Below, in pieces: positions 57,891 to 64,000 of a stretch of 64,000 nucleotides of DNA. Position 1 is the first letter of the stretch. The number at the start of each line of letters is the position of its first letter. The position numbers and the translations under genes were made by a program. Below the pieces are notes generated by a model. That model made no database searches, was not told the origin of the DNA, and worked only from the letters and a program-made list of their open reading frames with translations. Source of the DNA: Patescibacteria group bacterium (GTDB taxonomy: Bacteria; Patescibacteriota; Patescibacteriia; JAHIZJ01); NCBI GenBank assembly GCA_028714495.1, contig JAQTMH010000002.1, forward strand, positions 163,714 through 227,713. Direction: 5' to 3'.

Positions 57891-58466
57891 CTACGCTTCC
57901 GACGACGATTTTTTCGTCGGGTTTATCATAATCCAGTGTTTGTATTCTGAAGAATTTTGGTGAGGGAGATGTAATTTTCTTTTTTCGCCAAAATTTCTAT
58001 CTGAAATATAATAAACGTTTTTCGCGCTAAGACGAATATCCTTATCAAACCAATTTTCAAATGCCCTAAACCCTTTCGTCTGCGTCAGGCGCCAAAGCAG
58101 ACTCAATTGAGTGTCGGTAGAAGTATTATTATTTGTAAAACGGACAACCGCTATATGGTTCGAGGGTATTAAAATATCTTTGCCCGTATCGGCTGTCACA
58201 AAAATTGTTTTCCAGTTTTTGTGCGAAATAACATCGGATATTTGAGTATCAGTAGCTCCTGCGAATGCAACCAATTCAACTTTGGCAATCGTTAGTCCAA
58301 AGAAAACATCCGTTATGCCCTGAGCAGCGGCTAAACCAAAAACGTTTTCATCAAACACAACTACTGTTCGGCCGTCCTCTGGAATTGCAGAGTTAAAATC
58401 CGAATTGGTAGTTGAGGGATTAAAAGAAGATAAAAATAAATTGTCATTCTGAAATTCGTCAATCAT
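57891..58466 (-). CDS. Hypothetical protein, downstream partner of the proteasome-like gene
   Basis: 191-aa ORF whose ATG overlaps the stop of the upstream gene (ATGA). Predicted alpha/beta fold (VVVFDENVFGLAAAQGITDVFFGLTIAKVELVAFAGA). No family recognised. Confidence 0.45.
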   Translation of the reverse strand: MIDEFQNDNLFLSSFNPSTTNSDFNSAIPEDGRTVVVFDENVFGLAAAQGITDVFFGLTIAKVELVAFAGATDTQISDVISHKNWKTIFVTADTGKDILIPSNHIAVVRFTNNNTSTDTQLSLLWRLTQTKGFRAFENWFDKDIRLSAKNVYYISDRNFGEKRKLHLPHQNSSEYKHWIMINPTKKSSSEA

Positions 58467-59197
58467 GCGGTAAGCGTTTTATTTTTTATAAAACTCGCCT
58501 TGTCGGGAGTAATTACAAGTACATCAACGGGGCCACCGACATTTTTGGGGCGAGCTTGAAAACGAATTGTGTCAATCGTTGCCTTGATTGCAAATTCTGA
58601 AAAATCTATTGCGTCTTGCAGTGGCATGGCATCCCAAATGATAGGAGCGGGTTGGCGTAATACTTTTTGTGTACCAGTCTGATCGGCAACAACAACTGGA
58701 GTAATAAGTCCGGAAATTACATCAGCTTGGCCAGACCATGTTGCCCCATATGCAAGCGAGTTGTCTGGTTTTAGGTTTCTGCGAGAAACTTCGTTGCGAC
58801 CAATATGACAATAAAAAACATACGGAACGCTCACTTTGCCGTCTTTCTTATACCCGCAAACATGGAAACCACAATCTGTTTTTCCAAATTCTTTTGCAAA
58901 AAAATCGACGAGCTTGCGGGCGATTAATTCTACATCATCAGTATCTTTCAAAACTTCTTCGCTGAAACGCTTTATATGACTTGCCATTGGTACGCCGCCG
59001 AGCAAATCCTGTCCAAAATTCGAAATACCCACCTTCTGTTTTTCAAGAAGGAAGGTTTTTGTAACGGCATCAGAGTTTACTGTTTCCACATTAAACTCTT
59101 TGCCATCGGGACTTTTGCCGGAAATGGTAACAGACTGGCGACTATCAGACGCCATTGCGATACCTTCTGGAACATATGTTGCGACAACTAAACTCAT
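58463..59197 (-). CDS. 20S-proteasome-beta / HslV-like Ntn-hydrolase homolog with Ser at position 1
   Basis: Alignable to archaeal proteasome beta. The N-terminus M-S-LVVATYVPEGIAMASDSRQS matches T1..GxxxAxDxR (Asp17/Arg19 equivalents present). ...YGATWSGQADVISGL matches the YASTGSGS Ser129/Gly130 block. No propeptide. Confidence 0.5.
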   Translation of the reverse strand: MSLVVATYVPEGIAMASDSRQSVTISGKSPDGKEFNVETVNSDAVTKTFLLEKQKVGISNFGQDLLGGVPMASHIKRFSEEVLKDTDDVELIARKLVDFFAKEFGKTDCGFHVCGYKKDGKVSVPYVFYCHIGRNEVSRRNLKPDNSLAYGATWSGQADVISGLITPVVVADQTGTQKVLRQPAPIIWDAMPLQDAIDFSEFAIKATIDTIRFQARPKNVGGPVDVLVITPDKASFIKNKTLTA

Positions 59198-59203
59198 AAA
59201 GAT

Positions 59204-59232
59204 ATTATATTTTAATAATTAGATTTTGTCAA
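59204..59232 (-). promoter_or_regulatory. Perfect consensus sigma70 promoter (TTGACA, 17-nt spacer, TATAAT) reading the minus strand; predicts a leaderless transcript
   Basis: Minus-strand -35 at 59227-59232, -10 at 59204-59209. The -10 ends 6-7 nt before the ATG at 59197, and there is no SD. Confidence 0.45.
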
Positions 59233-59330
59233 GTTTTATGCTAGATTTAATTCCAGAATTTTTTCACCGGGTACTATCTCTCGCTTTTTTTTGATGGCTA
59301 TGCTATCCGAAGCTCCAAAGGAGTGAAGGC

Positions 59331-59351
59331 TGGTGCGCCGTGGAGGATTCG
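59331..59351. repeat. 21-bp direct repeat of the tRNA-Lys 3' end, an att-like footprint
   Basis: tggtgcgccgtggaggattcg is identical to 59489-59509, the 3' end of tRNA-Lys including CCA. The sequence diverges after the T-arm. Confidence 0.6.
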
Positions 59352-59488
59352 TGTCCTGGGCAGCGGCGACCTGCCACTGGCAGCTCGCCGATCGCTCGTC
59401 TGTCGCTTCGCTCGGTCTCGCTCCTGCCCTTCGAATCCCCTTCATGGTACAAGGCTGATTTCTGTATTTAAACTGAGCGTGGATTCTA

Positions 59489-59565
59489 TGGTGCGCCGTG
59501 GAGGATTCGAACCTCCGACCGTCTGCTTAAAAGGCAGCTGCTCTACCAGGCTGAGCTAACGGCGC
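59489..59565 (-). tRNA. tRNA-Lys (anticodon UUU)
   Basis: The reverse complement reads GCGCCGTTAGCTCAGCCTGGTAGAGCAGCTGCCTTTTAAGCAGACGGTCGGAGGTTCGAATCCTCCACGGCGCACCA. It forms a cloverleaf with anticodon loop CTTTTAA and an encoded CCA. Confidence 0.8.
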
Positions 59566-59635
59566 GAGTTTTTACTTAATGAAGATTAGCAGATATTTAT
59601 ATTTTTTGCAAGGGTCGAACTGAAGCATAAAAAAA

Positions 59636-59660
59636 GCCCGGATACTAGGTGGTATCCAGG
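59636..59660 (-). terminator. Rho-independent terminator (minus strand) after the 59673 gene
   Basis: On the minus strand: cctggatac-cacc-tagtatccgggc followed by ttttttt. The aaaaaagcccggata motif is shared with the 61560 terminator. Confidence 0.4.
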
Positions 59661-59672
59661 CGTGGTACTTGC

Positions 59673-60476
59673 TCAAGTCAATGAGCCGCTGAAAAACACA
59701 GGCTCCTCAGTCGGAGTGAATGTTGACCGACTGGTCAGCAACGGACCGCTAATTCGGAATGTTGGAAATCTGTCCGTCTGACCCCTGGTCGGATCTTGGT
59801 CGTCGTTGAGTTCATGGAGCACGCCCGAACAAACGATGAATTCCGGTCCGCCACAGAGCCGACTCCATTCTGGATGCGTGAGCAGGAGAATTGCCACTTC
59901 AAAGGGCGTGAGGACAAACCGGCTTTGCATGCGGTTTGTTTCACTGATCGCGCGAGTGAAATCACGGTCTGGCACGGTCAGACAAGTGACAGACACGACC
60001 ATGAAGTCAAATTCATCGAATGTAGCGATGTGCTGAATGTGTTCATTCGCGATCGAGAAGGTAGGTCCTAGGACAGATTGAAGATCGAAGCCCGAGGTGA
60101 TGGACGTCACGAATGGCTGGCGCGACATCAGCAGAATCAGGGCGTGATAAAGCGCCAATCGGTAATGGCTGCTTAGTCGGTTTGGATTTGGGATGACTGC
60201 CAGACTTCTCTTTGGCCCGCGTGTGAGCAATGCTTCGGCTTGCGGACGCACTGGCTCTGCGTTGAATCTCTGGAACAGTGGCCACTCGAGCAATAAATCT
60301 AGCTGCTCCTCCCAGGGCCGAAGCTCACAGGGCTTCTCCAGTCTGGTCGAGCCGATAATCTTCTGAAGTAGGCAGCTTACCTCATGCGGATCTCGCTGGC
60401 CATCGACTACCAGTTTGCTAACCGTTGCCCATTGCCGGAACAATCGGTCTCCGGCCCGGACCGCGACACTACTCAT
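59673..60476 (-). CDS. Hypothetical protein, GC-rich (about 55%), probably horizontally acquired
   Basis: 267-aa Arg-rich ORF. The codon usage is atypical for the window. It is flanked by tRNA-Lys and a tandem repeat region. No family recognised. Confidence 0.4.
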   Translation of the reverse strand: MSSVAVRAGDRLFRQWATVSKLVVDGQRDPHEVSCLLQKIIGSTRLEKPCELRPWEEQLDLLLEWPLFQRFNAEPVRPQAEALLTRGPKRSLAVIPNPNRLSSHYRLALYHALILLMSRQPFVTSITSGFDLQSVLGPTFSIANEHIQHIATFDEFDFMVVSVTCLTVPDRDFTRAISETNRMQSRFVLTPFEVAILLLTHPEWSRLCGGPEFIVCSGVLHELNDDQDPTRGQTDRFPTFRISGPLLTSRSTFTPTEEPVFFSGSLT

Positions 60477-60619
60477 GTCATTTCTCCTTTGAAAAGAGCC
60501 TTGGTCAACAGCTGACTGCTCATCAGCCGGCTCATCTCACTTTGAGACGAGCACAATTAAATTAAGCTAATAATGCTGATTTGTCAACCCCAGACTAGTT
60601 TGCCCTTCAATGTGTTCAG

Positions 60620-60925
60620 GGGTGAAGGGGCGTCTCCTTGGTTGCCTTATGAATCCCTGACCCAGGATTCCGATCCAGGGGAAAGGTCTCCTACTCTATG
60701 GAGATGCTTCGTTTCACTCAGCAATTCAGGACAAGAATCCCTGAACGTAGTGAAGGGTCTCCTACTCCAGGGAGATGCTTCGTTTCACTCAGCAATACAG
60801 AACATGAATCCCTGACCCCGAGTCATATCGAGGGGGAAGGGTCTCACAATGATAAAAGTCGTTCTCGGTTAGGAGATCCTTCGGCCAGGCCTCAGGAATA
60901 CAGACCAAGTATCCCTGACCCCGGA
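60620..60925. repeat. Degenerate tandem repeat: 4 units with a 56-83 bp period
   Basis: Each unit starts g(g)gaagggtctc and ends gaatccctgac(cc). Units 2 and 3 are about 90% identical and include the hairpin tctcc-tactcYRg-ggaga. There are no unique-spacer/short-repeat CRISPR features. Confidence 0.5.
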
Positions 60926-61007
60926 CTCCCTGCGCCTCTCAGACCTAAACCCTTCAAAGACCTTTTTTATATTTGACTATCTTTTTCATCTGGAGCAAAA
61001 TATAAGC

Positions 61008-61505
61008 ATGGAAGAAATCGCGAAAAAAGACGCCCTGGCCAAAGCCAAAGAATGGCGGGCCGCCGGTAAAATCTGGCATTTTCATCTGCTGACGCCTGAT
61101 TGCGTTTTCAATGAAAGCAATGATAGACACGCCGTAATCTTGGAAAATACCGAGGACGAACAAATCTTCGTGGTTTATACTGACAAGCGTTCCCTGACCA
61201 TGGGCAAAATCCTGCTAAAGCTCCTCCATGGCAGCAAGGTCCTGGATCGGCCAAAGCGAGCTGCCCCGCCGAAAAACCCGGAGCTCCAGAAATTGCTGAA
61301 CCGGGCCAAGGAAATGAATCGCCTGGGTATTCCCTGGCACCACCACAATCTTTTTCCCGATTGCCAATTTAACGACCACGTGGGGCAGTGGAATATCGTG
61401 ATGGAGGACAAGGATAAAGGCAACCTGCTCGAAGCCGCCTACAACACCGAACCGAAAGAAGACATCAAAGAAATCGAGCGCCTTTTCTACGCACAGAAGG
61501 AATAA
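61008..61505 (+). CDS. Small protein with an internal tandem duplication (two WHxH-L-x-PDC-xFN domains); function unknown
   Basis: KIWHFHLLTPDCVFNESNDRHAVILENTEDEQIFVV aligns to IPWHHHNLFPDCQFNDHVGQWNIVMEDKDKGNLLEA. The only plus-strand gene in the terminal island. Confidence 0.5.
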   Translation: MEEIAKKDALAKAKEWRAAGKIWHFHLLTPDCVFNESNDRHAVILENTEDEQIFVVYTDKRSLTMGKILLKLLHGSKVLDRPKRAAPPKNPELQKLLNRAKEMNRLGIPWHHHNLFPDCQFNDHVGQWNIVMEDKDKGNLLEAAYNTEPKEDIKEIERLFYAQKE

Positions 61506-61559
61506 ATATTTTATTAAGCAAAATCTTATTTTAGGGATTTTGTTTTTTGAAATAAAAAA

Positions 61560-61597
61560 GCCCGGATATTCATCTAGAATACCGGGCAAAGGAACGA
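61560..61597. terminator. Bidirectional intrinsic terminator between convergent genes
   Basis: gcccggatattcatctagaataccgggc, flanked by an A-run on one side and a T-run on the other. Confidence 0.45.
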
Positions 61598-61613
61598 ATG
61601 AAGTGCTTTGCTG

Positions 61614-63971
61614 TCAATTGCCTTCAGGCTGACTGCCCTGCCTGGAGACAATCTCCAGCCGTTTGTTCTCGTATCCCCTTCGCTTGGCTTTCACCTCCCA
61701 GGTGAATCCCGAGCTACTGCCTGAGGGATCGATGATATCGAAACCGGTCTTTCCGGGCTGGTAGTACCAGTTTCCATGGGGCCCAAGGAAAGACGCGTTG
61801 ACGATGAGCGGATATTCATCCGAGATCGTCACGAGTTCAAGGAACAGAGGGTCAAGCTCGACATGCGCAATTCCGTTCACTAACTGGCCTCTACCCAAGT
61901 CAGAAAGGTGGCCCTCTGTCGATGTAGAAACATAGCTCTCCCTCATTTCACCGCCATCTTCCTGAACCATAGAAATACCACCAGTTGCCTCAATTCTGCC
62001 GATGCAGTAAAGGCCCAGGGCACTACTGTTTGGCATCTTGATGTAGACGCCTGTGCCGTTCACGGAGTTATTCTCCGCCAGAATAGTCCTCGCAGAACCA
62101 GTCGTGTGTTTTGAGATTGCCTTCACGGCAGCCGCGTCGGCATTGCTGGATTCAATGTCTCCTTCAAGTCCATAGACGATTCCTGATCCATGGACAGCTT
62201 CGCCAAACACGCCAGCCGGCACACTGGAATTTGAGCCTGATTGCTTGTAACCATGCGTTCGCCCAAGAACTCCGAAAGTAGCGCCCCCAACAGTAGCCCC
62301 GGTATCAAGTGCCATTCCGTAAACTCCAACAGCCGCCGCGCCTCCTGGATTGGGTTTTCCTTTTGCACGCGTTATCCCTTTCACACCATATGTCGCATTC
62401 TCGCCCTCGTACTTGTTATCCGCTTCGATAGCGGATTGATCCTGGCTTCCCACTGAAGCAGTGCCGGCTCTCACGAGGATACCATGACCTTGACCTTCGT
62501 TAACCACCCGTAGAACAGGGACACCCAATGACGTGTTGTCTCTGACATGAAGTTTGTTTTCCGGATCAGCAGTCCCCATTCCAACTCGTCCGTCTGTCAT
62601 CGCGGTTAGAATCCGCGTGCCGCCGGAAGCACCCTCAGTATCGATGAAAAACTGGTCCACGGCGCCCCGCTGGTCGACCAACATCCTCCAGAGATTCTTG
62701 TTTGGGTTCAGCCGCACCTCGGTACCGTCGTAGTACCCGTTGAAGTTAATTGCCTGGAACCCGCTGTTTTCACCGGGGAGCGGTTGAATGATGATGTTGG
62801 AATTCGCAGTACCATCCGTAACGCGCAATCCCCGATGAGTCAACTGTTGGCATTGTACCGTGAAGCGGCTTTGAGGCGTCGAAGTGCCGACTCCGACATT
62901 GCCAGAGTTCGTACTGTAAATGTCATTGCCAGAGCCAGCCCAGTAGGATGTCCCCGCGGCCGTAGTCTGCACGGTGCCGTCAGGGAACTTGAAACCTCCG
63001 GAGGCCGAGTGGATTCGACCTACCACCTGCAGTTTCTCCGTTGGATCAGTAGTGCCAACACCGAGATTCCCGCCCACGAAACCATCCTGATATGATCCAA
63101 ATCCATCGGCATCAGCCCAGAAATAGGTGAGGGTGGCTCCATTGTTCTGAACGCCGAAGTATCCATTCGCACCAGGGATACGAGCAGCCAGATTCGTGTT
63201 GTCGCTATACCACCCGGACAATACATTTCCCATTCCTTGAATGCCATTAATGCCGAAGATCTCTCCGCCCTGAACACGCACATCCCCATTGACATCAAGG
63301 GCATGGGCTGGGTTGGCCGTCCCAATCCCGACTTTGCCATCCTTACGAACAAGAAAACGTGAGTTGGTTTCATGGGACAGATGGGCCAGATATCCTTCAG
63401 TTGAGCCCGAACTTACGATGAACAAACCCTCACCATTCTTGTAGGCAAGTCGCACATCTGACGAGTTGTCTCCCAGACTGTTCGTAAAGCGCGCTGCCCA
63501 GTCATCACTATGGCCGTCAACATGAAGACGAGTGATAGGTAAAGTTGTCCCAATCCCCACATTACCATTGCCCAAAACGCAAAATTCGGTACCCACCGCG
63601 TTGCTCACCTGGAACAACCGTTCGGTCAATGGCACATTCCCTAAGCCGTTAACCAGCATCAGTTCATGCGAGCCGGTTAGATAGAACGGCCACATGGCTG
63701 AACCGCCATCGAAGTGAAACTTGTATCCAGGGTTGCTCGTACCGAATCCGATATAGCCCGGGTTCGTGTTGTAGATGTTGCCGTTCGACTCGGCCCAGTG
63801 GCTGTCACCACCTCCGCCCGTTCCGGAGGAATCAGCATAGGCCGCGTGGGTCGCGTAATCAGCAGTTTCCGCGTGACTAGCTGCCCGGGCTGAATCAGCC
63901 AGGGTAGCCTCTTGGGCGGTCTGCGAAGATACTGCCTGATTGGCCATCTGTGTCAGAAACGCGTATGGCAC
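61614..63971 (-). CDS. Large Gly-rich repeat protein resembling a tail fiber or beta-helical adhesin (5 or more 'GxGTxxP' repeats), GC-rich
   Basis: Repeats NVGIGTTLPITRLHV, KVGIGTANPAHALDV, NLGVGTTDPTEKLQV, NVGVGTSTPQSRFTV and RVGMGTADPENKLHV resemble tail-fiber-domain proteins. About 55% GC. Has its own terminator. Confidence 0.5.
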   Translation of the reverse strand: MPYAFLTQMANQAVSSQTAQEATLADSARAASHAETADYATHAAYADSSGTGGGGDSHWAESNGNIYNTNPGYIGFGTSNPGYKFHFDGGSAMWPFYLTGSHELMLVNGLGNVPLTERLFQVSNAVGTEFCVLGNGNVGIGTTLPITRLHVDGHSDDWAARFTNSLGDNSSDVRLAYKNGEGLFIVSSGSTEGYLAHLSHETNSRFLVRKDGKVGIGTANPAHALDVNGDVRVQGGEIFGINGIQGMGNVLSGWYSDNTNLAARIPGANGYFGVQNNGATLTYFWADADGFGSYQDGFVGGNLGVGTTDPTEKLQVVGRIHSASGGFKFPDGTVQTTAAGTSYWAGSGNDIYSTNSGNVGVGTSTPQSRFTVQCQQLTHRGLRVTDGTANSNIIIQPLPGENSGFQAINFNGYYDGTEVRLNPNKNLWRMLVDQRGAVDQFFIDTEGASGGTRILTAMTDGRVGMGTADPENKLHVRDNTSLGVPVLRVVNEGQGHGILVRAGTASVGSQDQSAIEADNKYEGENATYGVKGITRAKGKPNPGGAAAVGVYGMALDTGATVGGATFGVLGRTHGYKQSGSNSSVPAGVFGEAVHGSGIVYGLEGDIESSNADAAAVKAISKHTTGSARTILAENNSVNGTGVYIKMPNSSALGLYCIGRIEATGGISMVQEDGGEMRESYVSTSTEGHLSDLGRGQLVNGIAHVELDPLFLELVTISDEYPLIVNASFLGPHGNWYYQPGKTGFDIIDPSGSSSGFTWEVKAKRRGYENKRLEIVSRQGSQPEGN

Positions 63972-64000
63972 CGAGGCAAGCTCTGTGCGGGGAGAAAGCG

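Noticed and set aside
59352-59488. The GC-rich 137-bp segment between the two tRNA-Lys 3'-end copies contains ccttcgaatcccc and was considered as a degenerate second tRNA.
   Set aside because: No acceptor, D or anticodon stems could be built. It is treated as an att-associated remnant only.
59673-60476. The high-GC ORF adjacent to tRNA-Lys was considered as the island integrase.
   Set aside because: No tyrosine-recombinase R..HxxR..Y box or serine-recombinase motifs were recognisable. Kept as a hypothetical cargo gene.
60620-60925. Tandem repeats considered as a possible CRISPR array.
   Set aside because: The units are long (56-83 bp) and mutually degenerate with no short invariant repeat and no unique spacers. 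No cas genes are nearby.
1-64000. Scanned the whole window for rRNA genes, insertion-sequence transposases and restriction-modification genes.
   Set aside because: None recognised. No large rRNA-like conserved blocks, no DDE or HUH transposase motifs, and no DNA methyltransferase or endonuclease motifs were found.

Overview
This is a 64-kb window of bacterial DNA at roughly 45% GC, with most genes on the minus strand. Weak Shine-Dalgarno sequences, a prepilin gene inside a glycolytic operon and many glycosyltransferase and envelope genes suggest a reduced-genome, Patescibacteria/CPR-like bacterium (inference). Content by region: (1) 0-12 kb is a surface-glycan locus with GT2 and GT4 glycosyltransferases, a large polytopic membrane protein, a Wzx-like flippase, UDP-glucose 6-dehydrogenase, MetK and UDP-glucuronate decarboxylase, which implies a UDP-xylose branch. 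(2) 12-20 kb is an envelope cluster: a PDZ-containing trypsin-like protein that lacks the catalytic His, a TolB-like propeller, a Cys-rich small secreted protein, a protein with Ca-binding DxDxDG repeats, and a DUF2207-like protein. (3) Then come trxB, tRNA-Gln, dnaX, a methyltransferase, and a TrwB/VirD4-like coupling ATPase carrying a long N-terminal extension. (4) A higher-GC lipoprotein gene with its own consensus promoter and terminator is followed by a CorA-like channel with a divergent GMN motif, translationally coupled to a membrane-anchored Clp-type AAA+ ATPase that has only the D1 ring. (5) cysS is followed by a high-GC gene with a strong SD and an acidic tail, a HAD hydrolase, and a heat-shock supra-operon (dnaJ, dnaK, hsp20, grpE, hrcA) with a consensus CIRCE operator. 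(6) A GT4 gene and tRNA-Glu precede the glycolytic operon gap, pilin, fba, tpiA. (7) Next are a DD-carboxypeptidase, scpB, scpA, a YbaK-like protein, membrane proteins, a LamG-like secreted protein, aspS lacking the GAD domain, asnS and a P-type ATPase. (8) The last ~6 kb looks accessory. A two-gene operon encodes a 20S-proteasome-beta-like Ntn hydrolase homolog with Ser at position 1, plus an unknown partner, under a perfect leaderless consensus promoter. It sits next to tRNA-Lys, whose 3' end is duplicated 158 bp away, an att-like footprint. After it come a high-GC gene, degenerate ~56-83 bp tandem repeats, a small protein with an internal duplication (WHxH..PDC motif), and a Gly-rich 785-aa protein with repeated 'GxGTxxP' motifs that resembles a tail fiber. 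Two families of intergenic repeats occur. One is a 160-177 bp MITE-like element with 11-13 bp terminal inverted repeats and TA flanks, present twice. The other is a set of 24-28 bp perfect REP-like palindromes with GTAGGCG arms, in two clusters. No rRNA and no CRISPR array were seen.
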